In this document: piece after piece, positions 17,709 through 26,684 of the stretch
Position numbering within the stretch: the stretch's first letter is position 1
How the letters are laid out: the number at the start of each line of letters is the position of its first letter
NCBI GenBank assembly: GCA_030750465.1
Contig: JASMHZ010000001.1
Span: 47,203 to 110,012 of the forward strand
Reading direction: 5' to 3'
DNA: 62,810 bases
Source of the DNA: Candidatus Peribacteraceae bacterium
GTDB taxonomy: Bacteria > Patescibacteriota > Gracilibacteria > Peribacterales > Peribacteraceae
Program-made: the position numbers and the translations under genes
Notes under the pieces: generated by a model
The model's database searches: none
What the model was told of the DNA's origin: nothing
The model's input: only the letters and a program-made list of their open reading frames with translations

Positions 17709-18035
17709 ATGTCTCCAGATTGGAATGAGGCATTAAGTAGAAAACTTGCTTACAAAATTAATAATCCAGATTCTTGGGAGAAAGCTAAAGTTGGAACAAC
17801 ACTGCAGGCATTACTGAAATACCAACGGGAGTTCCTTGTCGAAGTAATTCCAGATTGGTACATCCAACATGGTGGAGATTTGCGAAGTCACGAAGGACTC
17901 AATATTGCGCAAATGTTACAAACTGGAAGAACTGCATCTGAGGCTGCTGATGATTGGCTCGGACCAAATTTTGGGGGTCTGCTTGATGATTTAGATGGTG
18001 GTTACGATCTTGGGATTGACCCTGAATTCGATTGA
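17709..18035 (+). CDS. cassette 3b: acidic hypothetical protein
   Basis: 108 aa ORF. The same frame is open back to 17568. Confidence 0.45.
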   Translation: MSPDWNEALSRKLAYKINNPDSWEKAKVGTTLQALLKYQREFLVEVIPDWYIQHGGDLRSHEGLNIAQMLQTGRTASEAADDWLGPNFGGLLDDLDGGYDLGIDPEFD

Positions 18036-18044
18036 TATTGAGTA

Positions 18045-18071
18045 GTAACCTGAAAACCCGGCACCTCCAAG
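18045..18071 (+). repeat. R3: terminal copy of the tRNA-Cys 3' end (no promoter)
   Basis: AGTAACCTGAAAACCCGGCACCTCCAAG with core at 18058-18069. It closes the array against the convergent gene 18086-18691. Confidence 0.8.
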
Positions 18072-18085
18072 ATCACTTACTGAAC

Positions 18086-18691
18086 TTAAGTTACGACGTT
18101 TCGAACGCCAGCAGAAAAAGTTAGCTCTGGCCATTTATCAGCTAGTTCTGCAACAAGCTTTTGCTGTGAATCCTGCAAGTCGCTATGAGCGTTGGTAATA
18201 TCTATTCGAACATTCGAAGTCCTTTGATAGTTGCAATGTTTCTTCCAAAGCATGGCAAACTCAGGAACACATTTGCCCACTGCTTCTCCTCCTACTTCTA
18301 TATCTACGTTGGCCGGATCAATGATGAAGTTTCGCTCTGCGGCTTCTGCGTTCGCAGCATCAATTTGACGGCAGGTTGTTTTTGTATCTGCCCCAGTGAA
18401 TCCCCACACATCATCCTGCTCCAACAAAAACGGTCCCAAAATATCACACATCATCCGTCTGCCCTTGCAGTAAGAATCTACCCTGTTTTCTCTGTCATTG
18501 TAATGACCAAAAAGAAACAGCAGATGTGCCCTGCATTCTGCCTGGAGTCTTTGGTTGTTATCTGCAATTTCTCTAGCTAGTTCAGCGTATCGCAACCAAT
18601 CGCTACTTCCAAACGCAAATCCCATGCTTTCTCCATGGCAAGGATGGATGAGACCAGTGGCTTTTTCTACATATAACTCATCTGCGCTCAT
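18086..18691 (-). CDS. hypothetical protein
   Basis: 201 aa, Cys-containing soluble protein with no recognisable motif. Confidence 0.5.
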   Translation of the reverse strand: MSADELYVEKATGLIHPCHGESMGFAFGSSDWLRYAELAREIADNNQRLQAECRAHLLFLFGHYNDRENRVDSYCKGRRMMCDILGPFLLEQDDVWGFTGADTKTTCRQIDAANAEAAERNFIIDPANVDIEVGGEAVGKCVPEFAMLWKKHCNYQRTSNVRIDITNAHSDLQDSQQKLVAELADKWPELTFSAGVRNVVT

Positions 18692-18734
18692 ATATGTATA
18701 TATAATACATAATGTGAGTTAAGTCAATAATTCA

Positions 18735-19358
18735 CTAACCCTTTTCCTTATCTTTATCCTTCTTCTTTTTCTTATCCTCTGTTTCTTCTGCTTCTTCTGA
18801 TTCCTCTGCCTCCTTCTCAAAAGAGATACTCATAACAATAGACTCAATCTGTTTCTCTATAGATGACTCTATAAATAGAGGGGACGCAGCAGTGATTGTA
18901 TATCCATCATTTTCTTTAACAGTACTGATTTGGTAGAACTTCCTGGCAGGCTCATCTGATATCGGCTGTGCTGTGAAGACATGCATTGATACGTCCTCTC
19001 CATCAATCCTGACTTCCTTTGTATCTGTGAGTGTATACCCAGGCAAAGTTGAAACTGATCTGATACCTGCTTCACTGTAATCAAGAGGCGATACTTCTCT
19101 CTTCATAGTTTCCCTAGTAACAGTTACTGCCGGGAATTGACCTGATATTGCTTCTTCGAAACGAATAGCAACGATTGTTTCATCGGGGATTCCTCTCTGT
19201 CTTCTAGTTTCTCTGTCCATCACAATCCATTTATCGGGCAAGCATAGGCTGAGAGTGGAATCGCTGTACTCATTATCGCAATCAGAACCCCCGCCTCCTC
19301 CTCCGCAAGCGGTAAGAAGTATGGCAAGGGCAAAAAGTGGCAGTAAAAAGCGAGTCAT
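18735..19358 (-). CDS. lipoprotein with acidic/Lys-rich C-terminal tail
   Basis: 207 aa. The signal peptide has a lipobox (LLTAC-GGGGGG). The tail EAEESEEAEETEDKKKKKDKDKEKG is encoded by the CCTCTGYTTC repeat motif. Confidence 0.7.
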   Translation of the reverse strand: MTRFLLPLFALAILLTACGGGGGGSDCDNEYSDSTLSLCLPDKWIVMDRETRRQRGIPDETIVAIRFEEAISGQFPAVTVTRETMKREVSPLDYSEAGIRSVSTLPGYTLTDTKEVRIDGEDVSMHVFTAQPISDEPARKFYQISTVKENDGYTITAASPLFIESSIEKQIESIVMSISFEKEAEESEEAEETEDKKKKKDKDKEKG

Positions 19359-19503
19359 TGCCAGGCATTCTACCTGATTTAAGTTTTATCATCTGATCTA
19401 TACATATAGACATTACTTTTAATTTATGTTCTCGCTATACGCTCTGAATTGAGAGAATCCCCTTTTTCTGCTAACATATAAGGATTACTTGAAATAAAAA
19501 TCC

Positions 19504-22032
19504 ATGAAGAATCTTGCACGAACTATCGCATTAACAATAAGTTTGGGCTTACCGCTCCCTGCAGCAGCATCTGTGCAAATAAATGCACAGGACACAGTTG
19601 CAGGACTTGGAACTGTTATCGAAGTTAAAGGTATGACATCCGGCGAAGTCGTGGTTGTTCCACCTTTCGGAGCCGAGATTATCGAGAAGATTGGTACTGA
19701 TAACACAGTTGAGATTGCTGGCAAAGATGCAGAAGCTATTGGAACCTATGAGGTCGAAGCATATGAAGAAGATAAACTGATGGCTTCTGGATTTTTCGAG
19801 GTTCTTCCTGAATCCATGGAGCCTACAGCGAGCTCGATTCAATCAGATTATCCAGCAATGGATCCTAACGGAGAAGATACTGTCCAAATTACTGTGATAT
19901 TGAGAGATAGATATGCAAACCCTTTGTCCGGAAGACCTGTAGAACTTATTTCAAGCAGATCTGAAGACTCAATAACTTCACTTTCAAGCGAAACTGACTC
20001 AAACGGAGCGCAAGTTTTTGAAGTATCAACTCGTGAACCTGGGAATATTACTCTCAGAGCCATGGATCTTGTAAGCGGGAAACTGGTTGATGATACGCTT
20101 GAACTTTCAGCAGGAGCATCATCACAGGCAGTTGGAGGATATTATCCCGCGCCTCAGTACAATCAGCCTTATTACCAGCCACCTGCATACAATTATCAGA
20201 CTTACGGTCCTTCTGCTCCTGCTTATTCAAACCCACAGCCCAACTTTGGCGCCCCGGTTCCATCCAAACCTGCCGGATACAATGTAATCGGTTCAGTAAT
20301 GGGTCGAGCGTTATACGGGCAGGCAAATGGATTCGATGTAATAAGTAAATTCAAAATAGATGTTCCTCCAAAAATGAAAGTTAATGACGATGCTACGATG
20401 AAGATCACTGCAATCGACCAAAATGGTAAGCGCGTAGAAGATTACACCGGAACTGCACTTCTATCCTCAACTGATCCTACAGCACTTTTGCCTCTTGAAG
20501 GGAAAATACAATTTCAACCTCAAAATCTTGGCGAGAAAGTTCTTACACTTGGACTTAGATTTAGAACACCCGGCGAGCATTTTTTGCATATAGAAGACAG
20601 CTCGGATAAAGAAGTAAACGCGCAAGCATCAATCATGGTTTCTGGCGGAAACGATTCTCTTGCTCCAACTCTAAAAATCACTTCACACTCAAACAATTCA
20701 ACAATAAGTTCCGCAGAGATTAAGTTAAAAGGAGAAGGCCCTCCGTTTATTAACCTTTTGGCAACCGGAGGAAAGAAGGATGTAAGCGGAGAAACAGATC
20801 AAGATGGCGAATTTTCCATAAAGATTAAACTTAACGATGAACAGACCGATCATACTTTGCGAGTCCGCGATGAAAGCGGAAGATTTGATTCTGGTAATAT
20901 TCATTTGGTACTAGATACGGAGCCTCCGGAAATACAAACTATTATCTTCGATCCGGTTGCACCTGAGGCAGGAGACACCGTGACCATTACTGTCAAAACA
21001 GCAAAAGATGCAAAGAAGGTATTATTGAAACTGGATGATGAAGAATTGGAACTGCAGGAAAGTGAAACTGAGAGTGGAAGTTTTACAATCGAGTTTGTAA
21101 CACCTGACGCTGGCACTTATCAACCCGTCGTCAGAGCTGAAGATGATGCAGGTAATGAAATAGAAATGATAGCCAATATAATTGTGAAAGAAGCTGGCCT
21201 GCCACAAATAGAAAATGTAATAGCAAAAGAAAAATCACCAGGAACCGTTGAACTAATATGGGATGCCGTTGAAGGAGACCGCGTTGATGCGTACCGTATA
21301 TATGTTGGCGAAAAACCAAACGACTTCCTGTATACATTAGATACCAAAAAGGCTACTTCAAAGGCTACAATTGCAGGACTTGAAGCAAGCAAATCTTACT
21401 ACTTTTCGGTAACCGCATTGCAAGGAAACCGCGAGAGCGAAGAAAAGAGTGAAATTATCGAATACACAACGCAAGGGCTTGGACTTAAGGTGAGTGAACA
21501 ATCAAATACACTTATGTTGGAATGGAATGATCCGCCTGCGGGCACAACTCTTTCTGCATATCTTCTTGAATACGGAGCAGCAGAAGGCTCATATTCAGAA
21601 CAGAGGACTATAAGCGGAGAATTAAGAAAATTCGCCCTGCGCGATATAATCAACGGTGTAACTTATTACCTTCGAGTAACACCTGTATCAACTACCGGCG
21701 AAGTTTTGCGGGGAATAGCAGACAAAATATCTGGAACTCCCAAAGGATCTGCCTCTGCTTTCACTCCTACTCCTGCTCAACAGGCACCTCCGGGCACCTT
21801 TGCCAAGAGGCCAACAACTACTCCCACACCAAGAGCAAGTGCATCTACTCAAGGTTCCACCCAATATCACGGAGGTGCACCGTCAACCCCATCAACAGGA
21901 CTCCCCCTCCCTGTCTGGATTGCAATTGCAATTTCCGGTTTCTTTCTTTATCTGCACTGGCATCGTAGAAAGACTATGAAGATGACATTGGATTTTATGA
22001 AACAGATGGAGTCCCAATATAGGAATGAATAG
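19504..22032 (+). CDS. large cell-surface protein (Big_1-like Ig domain, FN3 repeats, C-terminal TM anchor)
   Basis: 842 aa. It has a signal peptide, an invasin-like Ig block (VQITVILRDRYANPLSGRPVEL..), a Q/N/Y/P-rich linker, FN3-like repeats (VELIWDAV..YRIYV..YYFSVTAL) and a C-terminal helix followed by HWHRRK. Confidence 0.75.
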   Translation: MKNLARTIALTISLGLPLPAAASVQINAQDTVAGLGTVIEVKGMTSGEVVVVPPFGAEIIEKIGTDNTVEIAGKDAEAIGTYEVEAYEEDKLMASGFFEVLPESMEPTASSIQSDYPAMDPNGEDTVQITVILRDRYANPLSGRPVELISSRSEDSITSLSSETDSNGAQVFEVSTREPGNITLRAMDLVSGKLVDDTLELSAGASSQAVGGYYPAPQYNQPYYQPPAYNYQTYGPSAPAYSNPQPNFGAPVPSKPAGYNVIGSVMGRALYGQANGFDVISKFKIDVPPKMKVNDDATMKITAIDQNGKRVEDYTGTALLSSTDPTALLPLEGKIQFQPQNLGEKVLTLGLRFRTPGEHFLHIEDSSDKEVNAQASIMVSGGNDSLAPTLKITSHSNNSTISSAEIKLKGEGPPFINLLATGGKKDVSGETDQDGEFSIKIKLNDEQTDHTLRVRDESGRFDSGNIHLVLDTEPPEIQTIIFDPVAPEAGDTVTITVKTAKDAKKVLLKLDDEELELQESETESGSFTIEFVTPDAGTYQPVVRAEDDAGNEIEMIANIIVKEAGLPQIENVIAKEKSPGTVELIWDAVEGDRVDAYRIYVGEKPNDFLYTLDTKKATSKATIAGLEASKSYYFSVTALQGNRESEEKSEIIEYTTQGLGLKVSEQSNTLMLEWNDPPAGTTLSAYLLEYGAAEGSYSEQRTISGELRKFALRDIINGVTYYLRVTPVSTTGEVLRGIADKISGTPKGSASAFTPTPAQQAPPGTFAKRPTTTPTPRASASTQGSTQYHGGAPSTPSTGLPLPVWIAIAISGFFLYLHWHRRKTMKMTLDFMKQMESQYRNE

Positions 22033-22064
22033 GTATAAACTATATAAGGTGAACTCACTGAATT

Positions 22065-23057
22065 ATGAATAAAACAATGTCAATCGGAGGCGCAACTTAT
22101 GACCTGTTTGTAAGAACAAGTACTGACCTTATTCATGAATGTGGCGAAGGCAAATCGATTGCGCTTCCGCTCGGTGATAAAATAAAAGTTGAGGATGTAA
22201 TCGAGACTTGCGGAGGCGGCGCTTCTAATTCTTCCGTCGGACTTTCGAGGCTTGGATGTTCTGCGTGCTTCTGTGGTGTAATTGGATCTGATCAATGGGG
22301 AGAAAAGTTAATTGAAAATCTAAAGAAGGAAGGAGTGAATACAGATTGCATTACAGTTGTGGATAATGAAGTATCCAGCTTTTCAATTATTCTGTCCGCT
22401 TCTAGAGGTGAACGCGTTATCCTTTACACGCCTGGGACCAATGTTCATCTGCATGATTCAAACTTTCATAAAGAAGAGGCAAAGAATGTTGATTGGGTCT
22501 ATTTGAACCATATTCAAGAACAAAACTGCGTAATCCAGGATGATATTGTCGATGTGCTCGCTGACGATAATGGGTCAAAGTTCACTTGGAACCCAGGTGG
22601 GTGCCAGTTGGACAAAGGAACTGATGAACCGAATAACAAGAGGCTTCTTGAGCACACGGACTTGTTGTTGGTAAACGCAACGGAAGCAAAGAAATTTACA
22701 AAAACTGAATCTAAGGAGGACGCCATGAAAGCTCTCATCGGGACCGGAGTCTCTAACGTTTTTATTACCGAAGGCAAGGAAGGTACTATCGCATCCGACG
22801 GCACAAATACATTCTACTGTCCATGCCTTTCGGAAATTGAGGTAATAGATACAACCGGAGCAGGAGATGCATTTGGAACAGGAATTACATGGGCACTTTT
22901 AAACGGGCTTTCCTTGCCAGAAGCCCTGAAAGCAGGTACTATTAATGCTGCAAGCGTCGTTTCAAAGATCGGCGCCCAGACAGGACTGATCACAGACATA
23001 GAGATGAAAAAACGGCTAGCTGATACAAACCTGTCTATTACAACTATTAACAATTGA
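22065..23057 (+). CDS. PfkB-family carbohydrate/nucleoside kinase
   Basis: 330 aa with the ribokinase-fold signature DTTGAGDAFGTG near the C-terminus. Confidence 0.85.
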   Translation: MNKTMSIGGATYDLFVRTSTDLIHECGEGKSIALPLGDKIKVEDVIETCGGGASNSSVGLSRLGCSACFCGVIGSDQWGEKLIENLKKEGVNTDCITVVDNEVSSFSIILSASRGERVILYTPGTNVHLHDSNFHKEEAKNVDWVYLNHIQEQNCVIQDDIVDVLADDNGSKFTWNPGGCQLDKGTDEPNNKRLLEHTDLLLVNATEAKKFTKTESKEDAMKALIGTGVSNVFITEGKEGTIASDGTNTFYCPCLSEIEVIDTTGAGDAFGTGITWALLNGLSLPEALKAGTINAASVVSKIGAQTGLITDIEMKKRLADTNLSITTINN

Positions 23058-23131
23058 CACGCTCGCTGCGCTCGCTCTTAACAATCAACCTACCTGACCT
23101 ACCTGACCTACCTTACCTACCTGACCTAAAC

Positions 23132-23749
23132 ATGAGTGACGATAAGTTAGTCCAAATACAGGAACTAGTAGACAGCGCAATGTCTTCGCTCAAGACCGCA
23201 TACGCTCTGCTTAGAGATGCAACAGGTGTTTCTGATATTGAAAAGGAACGTATTGTAACCAAAGCCGAAGAGATGCCTTCTTCAGGATCCGCAAATGGCA
23301 AAGTTGTTGAGGGAATTTTTGACGGACAGAACATGATGGACGGCGAAGGGCAGACATATCCGGTTCCTGCAAACTATGCTTCAAAGAGCAAACTTGTGGA
23401 AGGCGACGGAATGAAACTTACGATTTCAGATGAAGGAAAATTCATCTACAAACAAATTTCTCCAATCGAGAGAAAGGTTCTTGTAGGAGTGCTAATTCAG
23501 GAAGACGGCCAGTACAAAGTTCTTGCCGAAGGAAAGGCTTACCGAGTTCTCTTGGCTTCAGTAACTTTCTATAGAGCCGAAGTAGGAGATCAGGTAACAA
23601 TCCTTCTGCCTGATGATGACAATGCTGTGTGGGGAGCTGTGGAGAATGTTTTGCCAAAGCAAATGGCAGAAGCCGCAGCTAAATCTACCATTGAAGACAT
23701 GTCGACCGAGGAAGATGAAGATGGCGAGTTGACGCCGTCAGTAGACTAA
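23132..23749 (+). CDS. hypothetical protein
   Basis: ATG 23132 (MSDDKLVQ..) is preferred. The upstream part of the ORF-track call is the CTACCTGAC microsatellite. Confidence 0.5.
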   Translation: MSDDKLVQIQELVDSAMSSLKTAYALLRDATGVSDIEKERIVTKAEEMPSSGSANGKVVEGIFDGQNMMDGEGQTYPVPANYASKSKLVEGDGMKLTISDEGKFIYKQISPIERKVLVGVLIQEDGQYKVLAEGKAYRVLLASVTFYRAEVGDQVTILLPDDDNAVWGAVENVLPKQMAEAAAKSTIEDMSTEEDEDGELTPSVD

Positions 23750-23784
23750 ATGAATCAGAAGAAAAATCATTGGAACAATTAGTA

Positions 23785-23925
23785 AAAGAATGAAAGGAAG
23801 AAAGGCAACAAGAGAAAAAGGAAGATAAAAGATTAAAAGAGAAAAAGCTTTCATTCTTCCCTTCTTTCGTTCTTTTATTCTTTCTCTTATTCTTCCGTTC
23901 GTTCTTTCTTTCCCCCAAACTTTGC
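23785..23925. repeat. purine-arm/pyrimidine-arm low-complexity palindrome
   Basis: GAAAGGAAGAAAGGCAACAAGAGAAAAAGGAAGATAAAAG..AAGCTT..CTTCCCTTCTTTCGTTCTTTTATTCTTTCTCTTATTCTTCC. Confidence 0.7.
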
Positions 23926-23996
23926 AATTCGGCGAATCGAAACCCCTTGAATAGAACATTGAGGAAATTCTATCTTTGCTGTACTCTCTCCATCCG

Positions 23997-25307
23997 ATGG
24001 GGATTCCAGCCAGAATCGTAGTGCCAGTTGCTCTTGCCGCATTTCTTTCGGGGCTTTTGGTGGCGTTTGTATGGTGGCAAATAGGCAAGTCGACGAATAT
24101 TTTGGAGGATCCTCTGTCTTTCTTAAGGCCGACAATTGAATCGCCAACGACTATCATTCCGGATGCACCCATAGACCCACGCGACAAAGCTCTTCTCCAT
24201 ATGCGGCAGGGTGATTTGTTCTCGATTAGAGGTGAATGGAAAGAAGCTCAGGAAGAATATGAAAAAGCTGTTAAGGCCAAGGGAGGACTTCCCGCTCTTA
24301 GGAAACTTGCGCAAGCGCAGTTGCAACGTCGAGAGATATCCGGGGTTCGATCTACAATTACAAAGATGCGATCGGCCGGGGCGCGCAATGAAGATCTACT
24401 CTTGATTGAAAGCATTGTTGAACTTAGAGCTGGTGAGTTTGTTAAAGCTCAGAAGATTCTGGATGAAGCTCTGGATTCGCCACAGAAACATTACGGCCTG
24501 GCACTTCTTTCCATCGTTCAAGGAAATCACAACAATGCGTTTCAAGAACTGGATCGTGTTATAAACGGCTGGGATCCCGTACTCAGATCTTACGCACGAA
24601 CTCTCAAATCAGCCTATGATGAATACGCACTATTTCCAGAAGGGTCAAATCTTCATCTGATAACTCTAATAGCAAGAGCACTAGCTCAGTCGCAAGAGTG
24701 TGAGCTGGCTCTTCCGCTTCTTGTGCAAGTAACAAATTCTATGCCCGATTATCGTGACGCGTGGATTGTTCAGGGATATTGCGAGCTTATTACAGAACGT
24801 TTTGAAGGCGCACTTTCATCACTTGAATCTGCTTACAATATCGATCCACAAAAACCGGAGATTCAATACTTCCTTGCTCGAGTTTATGCAGCTCTCGACC
24901 AACATTCAAACGCAATTACTTTCTTTGAGTATGCATTAACAAACGGTTTCAGCCCGGAAATCGAGATTCGCAGACTAATTGCAGAAGAAGCACTTGCAAG
25001 TAGCAACTTAGAGTTAGCTCTTAAGCAATATGAGGAACTAACAAGCCACAATGACGCTCCATTCGAGACTTATGACGGTTACATCACAGCCAGTCTGGCT
25101 CTTGGAAATGGCGAAGAGGCATACATCAAAGCGAAGGAGGCTACCAAGCGATGGCCTCAACATGCTCGTGCCTGGGAACTGCTCGGATGGACAAGTATGG
25201 AAACGAATAGGGATGCCGAAGCAAGAGACGCATTCCAAAGAGCCTTGAGTATAAATCCGGATATGAAGAGTGTTGAAGAGAAATTGGTAGAGCTTAAGCC
25301 CTCATGA
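23997..25307 (+). CDS. TPR-repeat protein with N-terminal TM anchor
   Basis: About 436 aa from ATG 23997, with multiple 34-residue TPR-like repeats (..AWIVQGYCELITERFEGALSSLESAYNIDP..). Confidence 0.7.
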   Translation: MGIPARIVVPVALAAFLSGLLVAFVWWQIGKSTNILEDPLSFLRPTIESPTTIIPDAPIDPRDKALLHMRQGDLFSIRGEWKEAQEEYEKAVKAKGGLPALRKLAQAQLQRREISGVRSTITKMRSAGARNEDLLLIESIVELRAGEFVKAQKILDEALDSPQKHYGLALLSIVQGNHNNAFQELDRVINGWDPVLRSYARTLKSAYDEYALFPEGSNLHLITLIARALAQSQECELALPLLVQVTNSMPDYRDAWIVQGYCELITERFEGALSSLESAYNIDPQKPEIQYFLARVYAALDQHSNAITFFEYALTNGFSPEIEIRRLIAEEALASSNLELALKQYEELTSHNDAPFETYDGYITASLALGNGEEAYIKAKEATKRWPQHARAWELLGWTSMETNRDAEARDAFQRALSINPDMKSVEEKLVELKPS

Positions 25308-26365
25308 TAAGACCAATACTCGCCGGCAGTGCCTCGATAGCAGCATCGCTGATGCTTCTGGCAGTCTTAATCACGGCAACAAATATGGTTACGGAGATTG
25401 AAGAAGAAAACTTAAGCGAATCTGAAGTACAAATTGAAATTGAATCGGATGATAACTGCATACAATCAAAGAAAATATCTCTGTACTCCTTCTTACCAAC
25501 AGGGACAGGATGCATTGTTGATTTAGATAGCAATGTAATTCAAATTCGATTCAAAGAACCATCTTCAATTCCGGACTTTTCACTTTCTCCTACTATCAAA
25601 TCCTCTTTTTCCGGATCGTTCCTGACACTCAGACTCGCAGATGGTGCAAGATCATGGAATTTCCTAATAAACAAAATGGATAATGAACAAAGAAGCTTTG
25701 CAGAAGGAAGACTTAATTATTTAGTTGAAGAAATATTCGGTACAGAAATGAGCCTGAGCCAATCCATTACTTCTATGCTTAGTCGCCCATCGACTCTTTA
25801 CATTGGAAGAAACTCGTCGGGTACTTTGATTGTGGCACTGAAAGGAATGATGGAGCGATCAAAAACTTTGGAAAATAAATTAGAAGACCTTCATAGCAAA
25901 TTCATATCAAATGTTTCTAAGGCAGGTATTAAGGAAATAGATCTGAAAGGAAGATTTAATTCTCGTGATGTGCGCGTTTCTTATGATAACTTTGTTGAAG
26001 AAGAATCTAACTACAAACAGTGGAAAATATTTCTGATCTCATCCGGTTCAAGAACGTTTGTAACCGCCCAACGCGGAGCAATGTTTGTAATGTCTAATGA
26101 TGAGAATGCGCTTCGCGAAGTTCTGGATCAAAACGTTTCAATAACTCCCCCGTCAGTTTCGTCTATGACGACTTCGCTGAGGATTGCAGATGGAGCTTTT
26201 GACTTAAATAAAATTAAAAGCATGCTCGAAGACACTCCTTTTGTAGGGATATTCGAACCCTTCGACTCAGCTCAGGATAAATATTCGAATATTCGTAGCA
26301 ATAGACTGCTTTGGTCTTTGGAGAAAGGCAGAGATAAGGGCACGATTTCCATTAAAACTGACTAA
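25304..26365 (+). CDS. hypothetical membrane-anchored protein
   Basis: 353 aa. The start overlaps the TPR gene stop (ATGA). It has an N-terminal hydrophobic helix. Confidence 0.5.
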   Translation: MIRPILAGSASIAASLMLLAVLITATNMVTEIEEENLSESEVQIEIESDDNCIQSKKISLYSFLPTGTGCIVDLDSNVIQIRFKEPSSIPDFSLSPTIKSSFSGSFLTLRLADGARSWNFLINKMDNEQRSFAEGRLNYLVEEIFGTEMSLSQSITSMLSRPSTLYIGRNSSGTLIVALKGMMERSKTLENKLEDLHSKFISNVSKAGIKEIDLKGRFNSRDVRVSYDNFVEEESNYKQWKIFLISSGSRTFVTAQRGAMFVMSNDENALREVLDQNVSITPPSVSSMTTSLRIADGAFDLNKIKSMLEDTPFVGIFEPFDSAQDKYSNIRSNRLLWSLEKGRDKGTISIKTD

Positions 26366-26427
26366 ATTACAGATATTTGGATACACCCGCACAAATTTTT
26401 ATGGCTCATATTTATTTGATGATGGTT

Positions 26428-26586
26428 CCCGCCCCCCGGGGTGGGGTATGAGCTCAGGGTGGGCGGGTCGTAAGTATTGTGTCAGCCCGGAATACCCCGT
26501 CAATACCATCTTTTGTAAAAACTATTTATTCAATCGACTTTTCCGCATCCACTAGCCCCATAAGACGTTCCGCTCCCAAGCGGAAC
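26428..26586 (+). repeat. ~160-nt conserved structured element, copy A
   Basis: It starts with CCCGCCCCCCGGGGTGGGGTAT..GGGTGGGCGGG and ends with AAGAC-GTTCCGCT-CCCA-AGCGGAAC. It aligns block-wise with the reverse complement of 42400-42558. Confidence 0.7.
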
Positions 26587-26684
26587 AGGTTGGCTTATTC
26601 ACAAGAAAAAGCTCTCTGAATCTAGCATTAAGCTCGCAAAACCGCTAATCTCTGACCTCGAATCACTTAAATAACCATTTTTCC

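Noticed and set aside
17394-18035. An in-frame TGA (17565-17567) joins a 57-codon ORF to the 108-aa ORF. This could indicate TGA recoding (genetic code 4 or 25) or read-through.
   Set aside because: - Long housekeeping ORFs (valS, pnp, pcrA) are intact under the standard code.
- TGA clearly terminates trxA, comEC, pgi and others.
- A degenerate copy of the cassette repeat lies right after the TGA, so two separate cassettes or a pseudogene are more likely.
26478-26500. GUCAGCCCGGAAUACC looked like the SRP RNA domain IV motif (GGUCAGGUCCGGAAGG).
   Set aside because: The flanks do not pair around the GGAA loop, and the inverted copy at 42400-42558 lacks the GGAA.
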